NCBI GenBank assembly: GCA_006212045.1
Contig: PZPK01000010.1
Span: 55,314-119,313, forward strand
Source of the DNA: Oleiphilus sp.
GTDB lineage: Bacteria > Pseudomonadota > Gammaproteobacteria > Pseudomonadales > Oleiphilaceae
Direction of reading: 5' to 3'
Length of the DNA stretch: 64,000 bases
Position 1 is the first letter of the stretch. Every line of letters starts with the position of its first letter. Position numbers and translations under genes: made by a program. This document shows, in pieces, positions 44,604 to 56,311 of the stretch. The notes under the pieces are model-generated. The model did no database searches and was not told where the DNA came from. It was given only the letters and a program-made list of their open reading frames with translations.

Positions 44604-45339
44604 GACCATATCCGTATTGCTGGTGGACGATGAAGTGCTGGCCCGCGAGCGCCTCAAGAGGCTGCTGCAGGATGAGCGTAATTATCATATCTGTGGTGAG
44701 GCCGAGAATGGAGAACAGGCGATCTCTCGCATCAGTGAGCTACGTCCTGACCTGGCGATTCTGGACATCCGCATGCCAGGCATTGATGGACTGCAGGTTG
44801 CCGAACATATTTGTACGATGACCCCGGCTCCCGCAATCATTTTCTGCACTGCATATGACGAATACGCAATCAAAGCCTTCCAGTATCAGGCCATCGCCTA
44901 CCTGCTTAAACCGATCCGCAAAGAGGATCTCCTCAGCGCGCTTAAAAGTGCGGGCAAACTGAGCCAACTGCAGATCAAGCAATTACAGGAGCAAACAGAC
45001 AGCAACGAACAAAGCCCGACATTTATTGCCCGGACCTGGCAAGGGATGGAAGTGATTCACATGGAAGATGTTTTTTATTTTCGGGCCGACCACAAGTATG
45101 TCACGCTTGTTCACAAAGGTGGAGAAACCCTGACAGACCAAAGCCTGAAACAAATCGAAGATGAATACCCCGATCAGCTCCTCAGAACGCACCGCAACAC
45201 TATCGTTAACAGGTTTCATATCAAATCGATGCAAAGAAACAGTGCCGGACACTATCTGCTGAACTTAAGTGAACAACACCAGGTTCAAGTCAGTAGGCGC
45301 ATGGTCAGCGAGGTGAAAGAGGCGCTCAATAAACTCTAG
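44590..45339 (+). CDS. algR: LytR/AlgR family response regulator
   Basis: 249 aa. Receiver domain (LLVDDE...DLAILDIRMPG) plus a C-terminal LytTR domain. The argH-algZ-algR-hemC synteny matches Pseudomonas. Confidence 0.9.
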   Translation: MTQTKTISVLLVDDEVLARERLKRLLQDERNYHICGEAENGEQAISRISELRPDLAILDIRMPGIDGLQVAEHICTMTPAPAIIFCTAYDEYAIKAFQYQAIAYLLKPIRKEDLLSALKSAGKLSQLQIKQLQEQTDSNEQSPTFIARTWQGMEVIHMEDVFYFRADHKYVTLVHKGGETLTDQSLKQIEDEYPDQLLRTHRNTIVNRFHIKSMQRNSAGHYLLNLSEQHQVQVSRRMVSEVKEALNKL

Positions 45340-45524
45340 TTTCCGGGAAGCAATTCACGCTTTTCACTCGCGATGAACCAACATTCATAATTTTGCACTA
45401 CTTCCAGATTTTTTGAGACACGCTTCTACCTTTGCACAATCGATAACCAAAGTTAACAGATCTCTGTGCCGGATTGTCATATAGTAAATTCCAGTCCACA
45501 GAGTTTTGCCATGAGGAGTATTGC

Positions 45525-45863
45525 ATGCTGAAACAGGTCACAAAATCGTTATTCGGGTTTCCGACTATACTACTAGCGGCATCCTTGACTGGCGCCCCTG
45601 CATTGAGCCAAGCGGCTTATCAATATGAAGACGAAGATACCATTCTGGTAGAAAAACAACCGTCTACCAAAATCCCTTATTCCAAAATTGTGCGCAAAAT
45701 CGGTAAGCGGCTGTTTAGCTTCGATACGCATAAAATCACTCATTTCGGCAAAGGCAAACGCGCCGGGGTTGTCAGAAACTTTCGGGACTATCTGGATCGC
45801 AGCAAATATCGCGTTCATCTAAAGGAAGACAAGGTCTCGCTGAAATTCACCTTGAATTTTTAG
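45525..45863 (+). CDS. hypothetical secreted protein (112 aa)
   Basis: The start is set at MLKQVTKSLFGFPTILLAASLTGAPALSQA (signal peptide). I recognise no family. Confidence 0.45.
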   Translation: MLKQVTKSLFGFPTILLAASLTGAPALSQAAYQYEDEDTILVEKQPSTKIPYSKIVRKIGKRLFSFDTHKITHFGKGKRAGVVRNFRDYLDRSKYRVHLKEDKVSLKFTLNF

Positions 45864-45996
45864 GCCCGGCTACCCTGCTCCGTAAGCATTGCTGCTTTTT
45901 GCGCCTGGCGGCGCTGCCACATAAAGCGGATTAACTCTCCCGACAGACTCCGCTATAATCTGCGCTTTCACCAATCCTTTGCGCGGACACCTTTTC

Positions 45997-46944
45997 ATGC
46001 CCCCATCCGGTTCTATCACACGTATTAAAATTGCCTCAAGAGAAAGTGCCCTGGCGCTTTGGCAAAGTCAGCATATCAAGCAGCGTCTTGAAACACTTGC
46101 CCCCGGCATTGAGGTCGAGATTGTAGGCATGACGACAAAGGGTGACCAGATCCTGGATGTCCCTCTCGCCAAAATCGGCGGAAAAGGACTGTTTGTGAAA
46201 GAGCTCGAATCCTCACTACTGGATGGCGACACAGATATTGCGGTGCACTCCATGAAGGATGTACCGATGCACTTCCCGGAAGGCCTGGAACTTGCCTGCA
46301 TTTGTAAACGTGAAAGCCCGTTTGATGCCTTCGTGAGTAACACTTATTCCAGTATTGATGACTTGCCCCAAGGTGCGGTTGTCGGGACAGCAAGCCTGCG
46401 CCGTCAATCGCAAATATCGGCGCGTCGGCCGGACCTTGTGATAAAAACACTGCGCGGAAATGTAAATACCCGTCTTGCAAAACTGGATAATGGTGAATTT
46501 GATGCCATTATCCTGGCCGAGTCAGGGCTACGGCGCCTGGGTTTTGATAAGCGCATCCGCATGAGCATCCCTGCTGAAGTATCGCTCCCTGCGGTCGGGC
46601 AAGGCGCTTTGGGCATCGAGTGCCGTAGCACCGATACTGAACTTATTGCACTATTACGCGCGCTCAGCGACGCTGATACCGAATCCTGTGTCACTGCCGA
46701 ACGCGCAATGAACAGACGACTGGAGGGGGGCTGTCAGGTGCCGATAGCCGGGTTTGCGACGCTCCAGAACGGGGAAATCACACTGAAAGCCATGGTCGCC
46801 AGTGTCGATGGTAAGCAGCAGCTCAAATATGAAGACTCAGCCCCGGTCAGCGCATCTGAAGCGCTCGGAATCCGCGTTGCAGAAAACCTGTTGTCGCAAG
46901 GTGCAGGCAAAATTCTGTCAGAGATTTACCAGCCTGGAGCGTAA
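45997..46944 (+). CDS. hemC: hydroxymethylbilane synthase
   Basis: [15 protein letters not shown]..., [21 protein letters not shown] and GGCQVPI motifs. The start is set at the ATG at 45997. Confidence 0.96.
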   Translation: MPPSGSITRIKIASRESALALWQSQHIKQRLETLAPGIEVEIVGMTTKGDQILDVPLAKIGGKGLFVKELESSLLDGDTDIAVHSMKDVPMHFPEGLELACICKRESPFDAFVSNTYSSIDDLPQGAVVGTASLRRQSQISARRPDLVIKTLRGNVNTRLAKLDNGEFDAIILAESGLRRLGFDKRIRMSIPAEVSLPAVGQGALGIECRSTDTELIALLRALSDADTESCVTAERAMNRRLEGGCQVPIAGFATLQNGEITLKAMVASVDGKQQLKYEDSAPVSASEALGIRVAENLLSQGAGKILSEIYQPGA

Positions 46945-46950
46945 GTTCAT

Positions 46951-47724
46951 TTGATTCAGACATTGCTCAACAAGGAAAGAATTCTGGTATGCCGGCCCGA
47001 GCCTGCCGCCGGCGAACTCGTTCAGGTTCTGAACAGTGTCGGTGCCGACGCCGCAGCACTGCCCTGCATACAGATCAAAAAACTGCCACTGGATGAAGTT
47101 TCAAAATCCAGAATCATGGAGCTGGACCGTTACTCGCATGTTGTGGTGGTCAGCCAGCACGCAGCCACCATTGGCCTGGACTGGATTGCAGACTACTGGC
47201 CCCAATTTCCATCAGGACAGCAATGGCACGCGATCGGACGTCAGACGGCAAAGCAGCTACCAACACAGGAATTGGCCATTTCCCTGCCTAATGCTGATCT
47301 GACATCGGAAAAACTACTGCAGCAGGAAGCCTTTCGAAATCTCAAAAACCAGCGTTTACTGATTCTGAAAGGAAAGAATGGGCGCACTATGCTGGAAGAA
47401 CAGTTCAAGCGCCGCGGTGCGCTGGTGGATACCATTGAACTCTATGAGCGTATACACCCTGCGTATGATGATGACACATTACGCTCTAAGCTGGTCGAGT
47501 TTGATCCGGAATTTTTTATCGCCCTGAGCGCGGAAACCCTGCACAATCTTATCTCCTGCTTTGATCAGATTCACTACGATGCCAAAGCAAAGTCCTTTAT
47601 TCTTTCCAGTCAGAGAGTGGCCAATATTGCCATGGAGCAGGGATTCCATTTAACCTATGTGCCAGAGAATCTGATGCCCATCGACATAATCCGCTGCCTT
47701 GCAAAACTGAGGCGAACAGAATAA
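46951..47724 (+). CDS. hemD: uroporphyrinogen-III synthase
   Basis: 257 aa. Position in hemCDXY and weak HemD-like pattern (ILVCRPEP...). The TTG start is uncertain. Confidence 0.82.
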   Translation: MIQTLLNKERILVCRPEPAAGELVQVLNSVGADAAALPCIQIKKLPLDEVSKSRIMELDRYSHVVVVSQHAATIGLDWIADYWPQFPSGQQWHAIGRQTAKQLPTQELAISLPNADLTSEKLLQQEAFRNLKNQRLLILKGKNGRTMLEEQFKRRGALVDTIELYERIHPAYDDDTLRSKLVEFDPEFFIALSAETLHNLISCFDQIHYDAKAKSFILSSQRVANIAMEQGFHLTYVPENLMPIDIIRCLAKLRRTE

Positions 47725-47767
47725 ACCGTGCCAAACCTCAGAGCCAATACCAAAAACAGGAACACAC

Positions 47768-48865
47768 GTGACTGATTCAATGAGCGAATTGCCCCCACCT
47801 CCAAACGCCCGAAAGTCTTCCGCCCCGGCGCTTGCTGTTTATATACTGGCCTGGCTTCTTCTGGTCGTCATTGTTACGGCGGGTGCCTACTATTTCTGGC
47901 AGCAACAAGAAGAACTGGCGGACAGGCTCGACGCACAAAGTTCGAAACTTGGCAGTCTGCAAACAACGCAAACCGGCAATCTGAATCGACTGGAACGTCA
48001 TGTTGAGCGCCTGAAAAGCACAAGTGAAACACTCGTGCAGCAAGTACAAAAGTCACTCGAAGACCAGGCGTTTCATGCTCAGAAGTTAGCACAGCTCGGT
48101 GGCGGCAATCGCAGCGACTGGCTGTTGGCAGAAGCCGAATATTTGCTCAGACTGGCCAACCAGCGACTGTTACTGGAACATGACATCAAAGGCTCAGAGC
48201 TGGTTCTGAGCGCGGCAGATTCAGTGTTACAGGAAATTGATGACCCCGCGCTCTTACCCGCAAGAGTGGCGCTGGCAGAAGAAATACTGGCGCTGCAAAC
48301 CCTGCCAAACTCTGACATTCAGGGCGCCTATGCAAGAATCAGCTCCCTGACCCGCGCCGTCGATACGCTTCCGGAAAAATTTGCCCCTTCTGAGATCACG
48401 ACGCCAGAGATGCAAGATACCGGATCATCGTCTCAGCAAGAACAGGGCAAGCTCTGGAATCAGCTGATGTCCGAGCTGAAGAAGTCCCTTGTCATCCGAA
48501 GGGAAGGCGAAGCGGTCACGCCCCTGATGAGGCCGGAGGAATACTATTATCTCAAACATAATCTGCGTTTGATGTATGAACAATCGGTACTTGCCCTGCT
48601 TGCGCGCGACGAAGATATATTCAAAGACAGTCTCGCCAAGGCACAGGACTGGCTAAAACGATACTTTGACACCCAACATCCAAGTGTTGCAGCACAACTT
48701 GAAACACTGGGGGCACTGTCACAAATATCACTGAAGGTGGAATTACCGGATATTTCCCGCTCACTGAAGCTGGTTAAGGCCCGGATCGAGGCCCTGTACC
48801 GTAATCATACGCTGGACAAAGAGACTCCGGCACAGGATAAAATCACTGAGGCTCCAGCCCAATGA
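47768..48865 (+). CDS. hemX: HemX family protein (uroporphyrinogen-III C-methyltransferase-like annotation)
   Basis: An N-terminal TM helix, a coiled coil, then SDWLLAEAEYLLRLANQRL, which is typical of HemX. GTG start behind AGGA. Confidence 0.8.
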   Translation: MTDSMSELPPPPNARKSSAPALAVYILAWLLLVVIVTAGAYYFWQQQEELADRLDAQSSKLGSLQTTQTGNLNRLERHVERLKSTSETLVQQVQKSLEDQAFHAQKLAQLGGGNRSDWLLAEAEYLLRLANQRLLLEHDIKGSELVLSAADSVLQEIDDPALLPARVALAEEILALQTLPNSDIQGAYARISSLTRAVDTLPEKFAPSEITTPEMQDTGSSSQQEQGKLWNQLMSELKKSLVIRREGEAVTPLMRPEEYYYLKHNLRLMYEQSVLALLARDEDIFKDSLAKAQDWLKRYFDTQHPSVAAQLETLGALSQISLKVELPDISRSLKLVKARIEALYRNHTLDKETPAQDKITEAPAQ

Positions 48866-50115
48866 AGCTTCTCTATCTGTTGATTCTCGCTGGCATTGCT
48901 GTTGCCATGCTGGTCTATATCGGGCTCCAGATCGACCCCGGTTTTGTCAGAATTTCAGTCGGCCACTGGATTGTCGACACTAATCTGTTCGTGCTTGCCA
49001 TTGCCAACATACTGCTGGTATGTAGCATTCTGCTGGTTCTCTCCCTGATCAAGCACCTGCTGTTTTCACATCGCTACTTTCGCCGCTGGCTCAACGAGTC
49101 TTCACAAAGCAAAGCGACCCGAAACACCAATGCAGGCCTACTTGCATTCCTGGAAGGCAACTGGGGCGAAGCGGCCAAACTACTCAAGCGAAGTGCTACC
49201 AAGTCAGCGACCCCAATCGTCAATTACCTTGCGGCTGCGCACGCCGAAAACGAGCAAGGCAATAACAGGGAAGCTGAACGCTTGTTGCAGAAAGCCTATG
49301 AGAATACCGATGACTCTGACTTTGCTGTCGGCATTGCAAAAGCCCAAATGGAACTTGATCAGAATCAGCTGGAATCCTGCCTGGCAACGCTGGTTCGACT
49401 TAAACAGCAGAAACCGCATCATCCGTTCGTGCTTAAACTGTTGCGAAGCGTCTACATCAAACTGGAAGACTGGCAACAACTGATTCAGCTGGTACCCGAG
49501 TTAAAAAGGCTACCGAACGCGGACAAAGCAAAACTGACCGAGCTGGAAGAACAGGCATGGAGAGCGCTGTTTACCAACAAGGCCGATGAACTGCAGCGCA
49601 GCCAGCAATATCAACGAGCGGCAGAGGATTTGGCCGATCTCTGGAAACAGTTGCCAGAAAGTATTCGCTTTGATGCTTCGGTCATTCTGAACTATTCCGA
49701 GCAATTGATACGATTGAAAAACGAGCATGAAGCAGAAGCCCTGATTCGAACCGTGCTCAACAAACACTGGAACGATGCTTTGGTCGAAAAATATGGCCGC
49801 ATCAAGGGGATAGACCCGGCCGAACAACTTATATCCGCCGAAACATGGCTGAAATCCCGCCCCAACAATCCAGGCCTGCTATTAACATTGGGACGGCTTT
49901 CCCTGCAAAATGAGTTGTGGGGGAAAGCGCTGGAATATTTTGAAGCCAGTAATGCGCTGCAAAGTAACAGGGAATGTCTGGGTGAGCTATGCAGACTGGA
50001 ACAGCATCTTGATCGGGGCAAGGAGGAGGCCGGCCCCTCCACAAACTTAACACGTCTGATTCAGACGCTTGCGCTTCCGGACTTGCCACTTCCTAAGATA
50101 AACAGCCGCCACTGA
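48862..50115 (+). CDS. hemY: HemY N-terminal domain protein (TPR-containing)
   Basis: 417 aa with two N-terminal TM helices and LLAFLEGNWGEAAKLL TPR-like repeats. It overlaps hemX by 4 nt. Confidence 0.85.
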   Translation: MKLLYLLILAGIAVAMLVYIGLQIDPGFVRISVGHWIVDTNLFVLAIANILLVCSILLVLSLIKHLLFSHRYFRRWLNESSQSKATRNTNAGLLAFLEGNWGEAAKLLKRSATKSATPIVNYLAAAHAENEQGNNREAERLLQKAYENTDDSDFAVGIAKAQMELDQNQLESCLATLVRLKQQKPHHPFVLKLLRSVYIKLEDWQQLIQLVPELKRLPNADKAKLTELEEQAWRALFTNKADELQRSQQYQRAAEDLADLWKQLPESIRFDASVILNYSEQLIRLKNEHEAEALIRTVLNKHWNDALVEKYGRIKGIDPAEQLISAETWLKSRPNNPGLLLTLGRLSLQNELWGKALEYFEASNALQSNRECLGELCRLEQHLDRGKEEAGPSTNLTRLIQTLALPDLPLPKINSRH

Positions 50116-50160
50116 TACAAAACAGAAGCACCGGGTGGGCCTGCATACGCGGCGACCGGG

Positions 50161-51192
50161 TTATTTTTCGGGAGGCGCTGTATACTCCAATACATCTGAG
50201 AAAAAGCTGGAACGCTTCAGCCCTGCCTCTTCAAGTCGTTCCAGCGTTGAGAACACCAGCGTAGGCGAGCCACTCACGAATACCTGACTGTGCTTCAGAT
50301 CATGGCTGTGCGCACAAATCGCATTGGCCATTTGATCGTGATGCCGCGTGCAGACATCATCGATCGCTTCGGAAACCAAAGGTACAAACCTGAAATTGGG
50401 GTAGTCTCGTTCCCAGCTATCGGCGAGCTGACGGAGGTACATATCCTTCTCCTGCCGCACCCCCCAGTAAAGCGATACCGGCTTGTCGAACCCTCGTGAA
50501 AGTGTGTCTTCGACGATGCTCTTCATCTGCGCAAAGCCGGTCCCGGCTGCCGCCAGAATGAGCTCGGAATCGGCTGACCCTGACATGCAGGCTTTTCCGA
50601 AAGGTAGTTTAACTTTAACACTATTTGCCTGCTGCAAGTGCTCCACGATTTCCAACGCTTTCGCCAAATGCGGGTCTGCCTGTATATGCAGCTCAATCTC
50701 TCTGCCACCTGGCGCACTCGCAATCGAAAAAAAGCTCCCCTCTGCATCGTCAGGCAAATGTAGGGATAAATACTGGCCGGCAAAAAATTCGGGGATCTTG
50801 CCAGCGCTGAAAGACAAGCGAACCTCGTATACGTGTCCGCCTAACTGTTTCACGCCCGACACCTGACATACAACTTCTTTCACCGGTAATTCGCCTCGCG
50901 CATAGACATTTTCCACATTTATCTCACAATCACTCTTTGGCCACGTCTGGCACAGCAGCACTTCCTGCACCCTATCCGCTCCAACACTTACTTTCAAACC
51001 CGACACCGATGTTTCCACCTGCCCCCGCGTCAATATGCCTTTGCAAATATGACACACACCATTCCGGCAGCTAACAGGCATGCGCACTTGCTGTCTGGAC
51101 GCAGCTTCATAAACAGACTCACCTTCGCGCACTGCCAGGAGAATGTTTTTCGGCAATAGACGTACGCAGTATTCCCTAGAGCCCAAGCTCAT
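50161..51192 (-). CDS. 2Fe-2S ferredoxin-fused FNR-like NAD(P)H oxidoreductase (CDP-6-deoxy-delta-3,4-glucoseen reductase-like)
   Basis: [11 protein letters not shown] 2Fe-2S motif, an FAD-binding beta-barrel, and the NAD-binding [13 protein letters not shown]. The start is set at MSLGSREY (51192), overlapping the ubiD 3' end by 17 nt. Confidence 0.8.
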   Translation of the reverse strand: MSLGSREYCVRLLPKNILLAVREGESVYEAASRQQVRMPVSCRNGVCHICKGILTRGQVETSVSGLKVSVGADRVQEVLLCQTWPKSDCEINVENVYARGELPVKEVVCQVSGVKQLGGHVYEVRLSFSAGKIPEFFAGQYLSLHLPDDAEGSFFSIASAPGGREIELHIQADPHLAKALEIVEHLQQANSVKVKLPFGKACMSGSADSELILAAAGTGFAQMKSIVEDTLSRGFDKPVSLYWGVRQEKDMYLRQLADSWERDYPNFRFVPLVSEAIDDVCTRHHDQMANAICAHSHDLKHSQVFVSGSPTLVFSTLERLEEAGLKRSSFFSDVLEYTAPPEK

Positions 51193-52639
51193 CCCAGATA
51201 TCATCGATTCGCTTCTTAACAGAGGCATCCATGGAAATCGCTGTCCCCCACTCCCGCTGCGTTTCTCCGGGCCATTTATTGGTTGCGTCCAGGCCCATTT
51301 TTGAACCCAGCCCTGATACCGGTGATGCAAAATCAAGATAGTCGATCGGGGTATTTTCAACCAGCGTCGTATCCCGGGCCGGATCCATCCGTGTGGTCAT
51401 CGCCCAAATCACATCATTCCAGTCCCGTGCGTTCACATCATCATCGGTCACAATCACGAATTTTGTATACATGAACTGCCTCAGAAATGACCACACACCC
51501 ATCATTACCCGCTTGGCATGTCCGGGATACTGTTTTTTCATCGTGACAACCGCCAAACGGTAGGAGCACCCTTCGGGCGGCAGATAAAAGTCGACGATTT
51601 CAGGAAACTGCTTCTTGAGTATCGGGATAAACACTTCATTCAGCGCCACACCCAGGATCGCAGGCTCGTCCGGTGGGCGACCAGTATAGGTGCTGTGATA
51701 GATCGGAGACTTTCGGTGAGTGATGCGTTCAACGGTAAATACCGGGAAGGTTTCGACCTCATTGTAATAACCTGTATGGTCACCAAAAGGTCCCTCGGGA
51801 GCCTCGTCGCCGGGATAAATAAACCCCTCCAACACGAACTCGGCACTGGCCGGCACCTGAAGGTCACTGAGTGTTGCCTTCACAACTTCGGTTTTGCCTC
51901 CCCGCAACAAGCCCGCAAATGCATACTCGGACAGACTATCGGGCACCGGCGTGACAGCCCCCAGGATCGTCGCCGGATCCGCACCCAGCGCAACTGCAAT
52001 CGGAAATGGCTGATCAGGATATTTGGCGCACCATTCTTTAAAATCAAGCGCACCACCACGATGTGATAACCAGCGCATGATCAACCGATTCCTGCCGATC
52101 ACCTGCTGCCGGTATATGCCCAAATTCTGACGTTCTTTTTCAGGTCCCCGTGTGATCACCAAAGGCCAGGTAATCAAGGGCCCTGCATCTCCCGGCCAAC
52201 AGGTTTGAACCGGCAGCGATTGCAGGTCGATTTCCTCTCCCTTGAGGCTGACCTGCTGGCATTCTGCACTGCGCACCTCCTTGGGGCCCATATGCATCAC
52301 CTGCTTGAAAATCGGCAGTTTTTCCCAGGCATCTTTCAAGCCCTTCGGCGGATCCGGCTCCTTCAGAAAAGCCAGTAGTTCACCAATTTCGCGCAGCGCC
52401 GAGACATCTTCCTTGCCCATCCCCATCGCCACTCTTTTAGCGGTTCCGAACAGATTCGCCAGTACCGGAATTGTGCTGCCTTTTGGCCGTTCGAACAAAA
52501 GAGCGGGGCCACCTTTCTTCAGGGTACGATCACAGATCTCCGTCATCTCGAGGGCCGGATCCACTTCCTGTGAAATACGAACCAGCTCCCCTTTCGCTTC
52601 GAGCTGCGCGATAAAGTCTCTGAGATCTTTGTACTTCAT
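51176..52639 (-). CDS. ubiD: 4-hydroxy-3-polyprenylbenzoate decarboxylase
   Basis: 487 aa. [22 protein letters not shown]..., [14 protein letters not shown] and [10 protein letters not shown] are canonical UbiD. Confidence 0.96.
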   Translation of the reverse strand: MKYKDLRDFIAQLEAKGELVRISQEVDPALEMTEICDRTLKKGGPALLFERPKGSTIPVLANLFGTAKRVAMGMGKEDVSALREIGELLAFLKEPDPPKGLKDAWEKLPIFKQVMHMGPKEVRSAECQQVSLKGEEIDLQSLPVQTCWPGDAGPLITWPLVITRGPEKERQNLGIYRQQVIGRNRLIMRWLSHRGGALDFKEWCAKYPDQPFPIAVALGADPATILGAVTPVPDSLSEYAFAGLLRGGKTEVVKATLSDLQVPASAEFVLEGFIYPGDEAPEGPFGDHTGYYNEVETFPVFTVERITHRKSPIYHSTYTGRPPDEPAILGVALNEVFIPILKKQFPEIVDFYLPPEGCSYRLAVVTMKKQYPGHAKRVMMGVWSFLRQFMYTKFVIVTDDDVNARDWNDVIWAMTTRMDPARDTTLVENTPIDYLDFASPVSGLGSKMGLDATNKWPGETQREWGTAISMDASVKKRIDDIWDELGL

Positions 52640-52671
52640 TCGGACGTTCCTGATATTTTCTCAATGATTGA

Positions 52672-52701
52672 TAACAAAAAGCCGGTATCGAAACCGGCTT
52701 G
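52672..52701 (-). terminator. rho-independent terminator downstream of rho
   Basis: Stem gccggt/accggc with a 6-nt loop, followed on the minus strand by CTTTTTG. It lies between the rho stop (52726) and the ubiD start (52639). Confidence 0.65.
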
Positions 52702-52725
52702 TTTACATTGGCTATCGCGCTGAAG

Positions 52726-53988
52726 CTAGCGTTTTTTCATTGCCAGGAAAAACTCGTCATTCGTTTTAGTATCTTTCAGCTTATCCAGCAGAAACTCGAT
52801 CGCGGCCGTATCATCATCCATATTGTGCAACAGTTTTCGGAGTATCCAGACACGTTGCAAGGCTTCATCGCTCATCAACAGATCTTCCCGGCGCGTACCG
52901 GAACGGCGAATATTGATAGCCGGATAAGTACGTTTCTCTGCGATACGTCGATCCAGATGCACCTCCATATTACCGGTCCCCTTGAATTCCTCGTAGATGA
53001 CTTCATCCATCTTGGAGCCGGTATCCACCAGAGCCGTTGCAATGATGGTCAGGCTCCCGCCTTCCTCAACGTTACGAGCAGCGCCGAAGAAGCGTTTTGG
53101 TCGCTCAAGTGCATGCGCATCGACACCACCGGTCAATACTTTACCGGAGGAAGGAATAATCGTGTTGTAAGCTCGTGCCAAACGGGTGATTGAATCGAGG
53201 ATAATCACCACATCCTGTTTATGCTCGACCAGTCGCTTGGCTTTTTCAATAACCATTTCGGCGACCTGTACGTGACGGGCAGGCGGCTCATCAAAGGTAC
53301 TGGCGACCACTTCTCCGCGCACGGAACGCTGCATTTCGGTGACTTCTTCAGGTCGCTCATCAATCAACAGCACCATCAAATGACATTCCGGATTATTGCG
53401 GACAACGGATTGTGCAATGTTCTGCATCATCAGCGTCTTTCCCGCCTTTGGTGGTGAAACCACCAGACCACGCTGTCCTTTTCCGATCGGCGCGACCAGA
53501 TCCAGAATCCGGCCTGACAGGTCTTCGGTACTGCCATTGCCCTGCTCCAACACCAGTCGCTGGTCCGGAAACAGTGGGGTCAGATTTTCAAACAGGATTT
53601 TATTCTTGGAACTTTCCGGACGATCGAAGTTGATTTCACTCACTTTCAATAAAGCGAAATACCGCTCGCCATCCTTGGGGGGGCGGATCTTGCCGGAAAT
53701 GGTATCGCCGGTTCGCAGATTGAATCTGCGGATCTGGCTGGGCGAAACATAAATATCGTCGGGCCCTGCCAGGTAAGAGCCTTCGGCAGAACGCAAAAAG
53801 CCGAATCCGTCCTGCAGGATTTCCAGAACACCGTCGCCATATATATCCTCACCACTTTTGGCATGGCGTTTCAGGATGGTAAAAATCACATCCTGTTTAC
53901 GGGAGCGGGCGAGGTTATCAAGGCCCATTTCTGAGGCAATTTCGAGGAGTTCGGGAACAGCTTTTTTCTTAAGTTCGGTCAGATTCAT
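52726..53988 (-). CDS. rho: transcription termination factor Rho
   Basis: 420 aa. MNLTELKKK...[16 protein letters not shown], Walker A PPKAGKT and the conserved C-terminus are present. Confidence 0.98.
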   Translation of the reverse strand: MNLTELKKKAVPELLEIASEMGLDNLARSRKQDVIFTILKRHAKSGEDIYGDGVLEILQDGFGFLRSAEGSYLAGPDDIYVSPSQIRRFNLRTGDTISGKIRPPKDGERYFALLKVSEINFDRPESSKNKILFENLTPLFPDQRLVLEQGNGSTEDLSGRILDLVAPIGKGQRGLVVSPPKAGKTLMMQNIAQSVVRNNPECHLMVLLIDERPEEVTEMQRSVRGEVVASTFDEPPARHVQVAEMVIEKAKRLVEHKQDVVIILDSITRLARAYNTIIPSSGKVLTGGVDAHALERPKRFFGAARNVEEGGSLTIIATALVDTGSKMDEVIYEEFKGTGNMEVHLDRRIAEKRTYPAINIRRSGTRREDLLMSDEALQRVWILRKLLHNMDDDTAAIEFLLDKLKDTKTNDEFFLAMKKR

Positions 53989-54226
53989 AGCACAAAGTTT
54001 TTATAGATTGCAGAGAGATTCTCTGTTGAAGAGATTGAGTTGGATTTCGATCGGAAAGAATCCCGGGAAGAGGTCCGGGGTCCTACAAATTGGGTATTTC
54101 AATAAAGATAGAACACATTATACTCAATATCCAGAACTTTGCTAACAGAAGTTCCAAATTGCGTTCGGAAGCCCTTTTTGAAGGTGATATTGAATCCGAA
54201 CCGGTCTCTCTTCCAACGACTATCAA

Positions 54227-55486
54227 GTGGTAACCATGGTCAACACTTCACCCAGCTCCGACTGCAGCGCCAAACAGGTTCTGCAGTCTGTCGACAAGGT
54301 CGTTTCCCTTTTATCGGATGTACCGGTCAGGAAAGGAAAGATCCGGTCATATGCGCTAAAAGATGCCCTGAACAAAGCTCTGGCGGAAGACATCTACTCC
54401 GGGATTAACGTACCCCCAAGTGCCAATAGCGCCGTTGATGGTTATGCATTGCGCCTTGAAGACTGGCAAGCCGGCCTTTCCCTCCCGGTTTCCGACAGGA
54501 TTACTGCAGGAGCAGCTCCTGGGCCGTTGAAACCGGGCACCGTAGCCAGGATTTTTACCGGCGCCACAATACCCGAAGGCGCCGATGCTGTGGTAATGCA
54601 GGAATATACGCTGACCACAGAAGACTCGCAGATTAACATTGAACAGGCTCCCCAGCGACAGGACAATATTCGGCCCGAAGGGCAGGATGTTGCGGAAGGA
54701 GACCTGATCCTGAACAAAGGCCAGATCCTGTCACCACATCGACTTGGCCTTCTGGCTTCAATCGGCCAGGCCAACGTTAAGGCATATGCCCCGCTCACAG
54801 TCGCAATGATGTCAACCGGAGACGAATTACTGGAACCCGGACAAGCGGCAGCACCAGGGCAAATCTACAATTCCAACCGCTATCTGCTGGACGGTTTGCT
54901 GCAAAGCCTGGGCTTCACTGTTCTGGATCTTGGGGTTGTCCCGGATAATGCAGACGCCACCAGAAGCGCACTTCAGAGCGCGGCGCAACAGGCCGATGTC
55001 ATACTGACCACAGGTGGCGCATCTGTTGGGGAAGAGGATCACATCCGTGCAGCCATCTCGGATCTCGGGCAGGTGGACCTTTGGCGTGTCGCGATCAAAC
55101 CCGGCAAACCGTTCATGTTCGGCAATATCCAGGGCGTGCCGGTCTGTGGCTTGCCTGGCAATCCCGGCGCCGTGCTGATTACATTTCTGATGCTTGTGAA
55201 ACCTTTTTTGCTTAAGCAACAGGGCTTTCAATCCTGTCGGGAACAGGGCATGCAATTACAGCTGGGCTTCGGGCTTCATAAACCGGGCCCTCGGCGAGAG
55301 TATCTTCGGGTGATGGTTGGTGACGATGGGCGTCTCATTCGGCACCCCAATCAAAGCTCAGGGATGCTGAGTTCTGCCAGCTGGGCGCAGGGACTGGCCA
55401 TCATCCCGGAGCATCAGCTCTGCAAGGAAAATGACGTCGTCACCTACCTTCCATTTTCAAGCCTGCTGCACCTGCCAGCAGTTTGA
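54227..55486 (+). CDS. moeA: molybdopterin molybdotransferase
   Basis: VPPSANSAVDGYA, STGDEL and TTGGASVGEEDH motifs. The start is either GTG 54227 or ATG 54236. Confidence 0.93.
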   Translation: MVTMVNTSPSSDCSAKQVLQSVDKVVSLLSDVPVRKGKIRSYALKDALNKALAEDIYSGINVPPSANSAVDGYALRLEDWQAGLSLPVSDRITAGAAPGPLKPGTVARIFTGATIPEGADAVVMQEYTLTTEDSQINIEQAPQRQDNIRPEGQDVAEGDLILNKGQILSPHRLGLLASIGQANVKAYAPLTVAMMSTGDELLEPGQAAAPGQIYNSNRYLLDGLLQSLGFTVLDLGVVPDNADATRSALQSAAQQADVILTTGGASVGEEDHIRAAISDLGQVDLWRVAIKPGKPFMFGNIQGVPVCGLPGNPGAVLITFLMLVKPFLLKQQGFQSCREQGMQLQLGFGLHKPGPRREYLRVMVGDDGRLIRHPNQSSGMLSSASWAQGLAIIPEHQLCKENDVVTYLPFSSLLHLPAV

Positions 55487-55514
55487 TCCGAGCATAAGAA
55501 TCAGGGTAAGTACC

Positions 55515-55769
55515 ATGAAAGTTCTGTTTTTCGCCAGTTTTAGAGAACAACTCAAATGCGACCAGTTGGTCCTCGATACGCTCGAAACCGAGCCTCCGGA
55601 GACGGTGGGCGACGTTCTGGACCTGCTGCGGCAGCGAGGCGAGCCATGGTCAGCAACCCTATTACCTGACAAGACGCTGGCGGCTATCAACCAGGAAATA
55701 GCGCCTCTGGACGCCACCGTTAGCCCCGAAGACGAAATCGCATTCTTTCCACCGGTCACAGGAGGCTAG
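55515..55769 (+). CDS. moaD: molybdopterin synthase sulfur carrier subunit
   Basis: 84 aa starting MKVLFFASFREQL and ending FFPPVTGG (ubiquitin-like GG terminus). Confidence 0.88.
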   Translation: MKVLFFASFREQLKCDQLVLDTLETEPPETVGDVLDLLRQRGEPWSATLLPDKTLAAINQEIAPLDATVSPEDEIAFFPPVTGG

Positions 55770-55771
55770 CG

Positions 55772-56233
55772 GTGATCAGAATCCAGCAGCAGGACTTCTC
55801 CATGTCGGAAGAATACCAGTCACTGCGTGACCGGGCGGGCAGTGAGTGCGGAGCGATTGCCACCTTTACCGGCCTGGTCAGGGATTTCGGGGACCAGAAC
55901 GGTGTCACAGCCATCACACTCGAACATTATGAAGGCATGACACAAAAATGCCTGCAAAGCATTGTTGACCAGGCCAGATCCCGCTGGGCCTTGATTGAGG
56001 TCAGCGTCATTCACCGTGTTGGCCGTTTGGCACTTGGCGATCAGATTGTCTACGTTGGCGTGGCATCAGCACACCGCAAGGATGCCTTTGAAGCCTGCCA
56101 GTTCATTATGGACTATCTGAAGTCCGAGGCTCCCATCTGGAAAAAAGAATGTTCCGAATCCTCTGAACGCTGGGTTGAAGCCAAAGACAGCGACCGAAAA
56201 AGTGCACAACGCTGGGCGCAAAAAAAACACTGA
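55772..56233 (+). CDS. moaE: molybdopterin synthase catalytic subunit
   Basis: 153 aa. GAIATFTGLVRD...LEHYEGMT...APIWKKE pattern. GTG start 2 nt after the moaD stop. Confidence 0.93.
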   Translation: MIRIQQQDFSMSEEYQSLRDRAGSECGAIATFTGLVRDFGDQNGVTAITLEHYEGMTQKCLQSIVDQARSRWALIEVSVIHRVGRLALGDQIVYVGVASAHRKDAFEACQFIMDYLKSEAPIWKKECSESSERWVEAKDSDRKSAQRWAQKKH

Positions 56234-56311
56234 ATCCGGACGAACATGCTATGCTTCCTTATGTCTGATCTGGCAAGTTAAACTCGCCGAGGCAAGCAGA
56301 GGAGAGAAGCG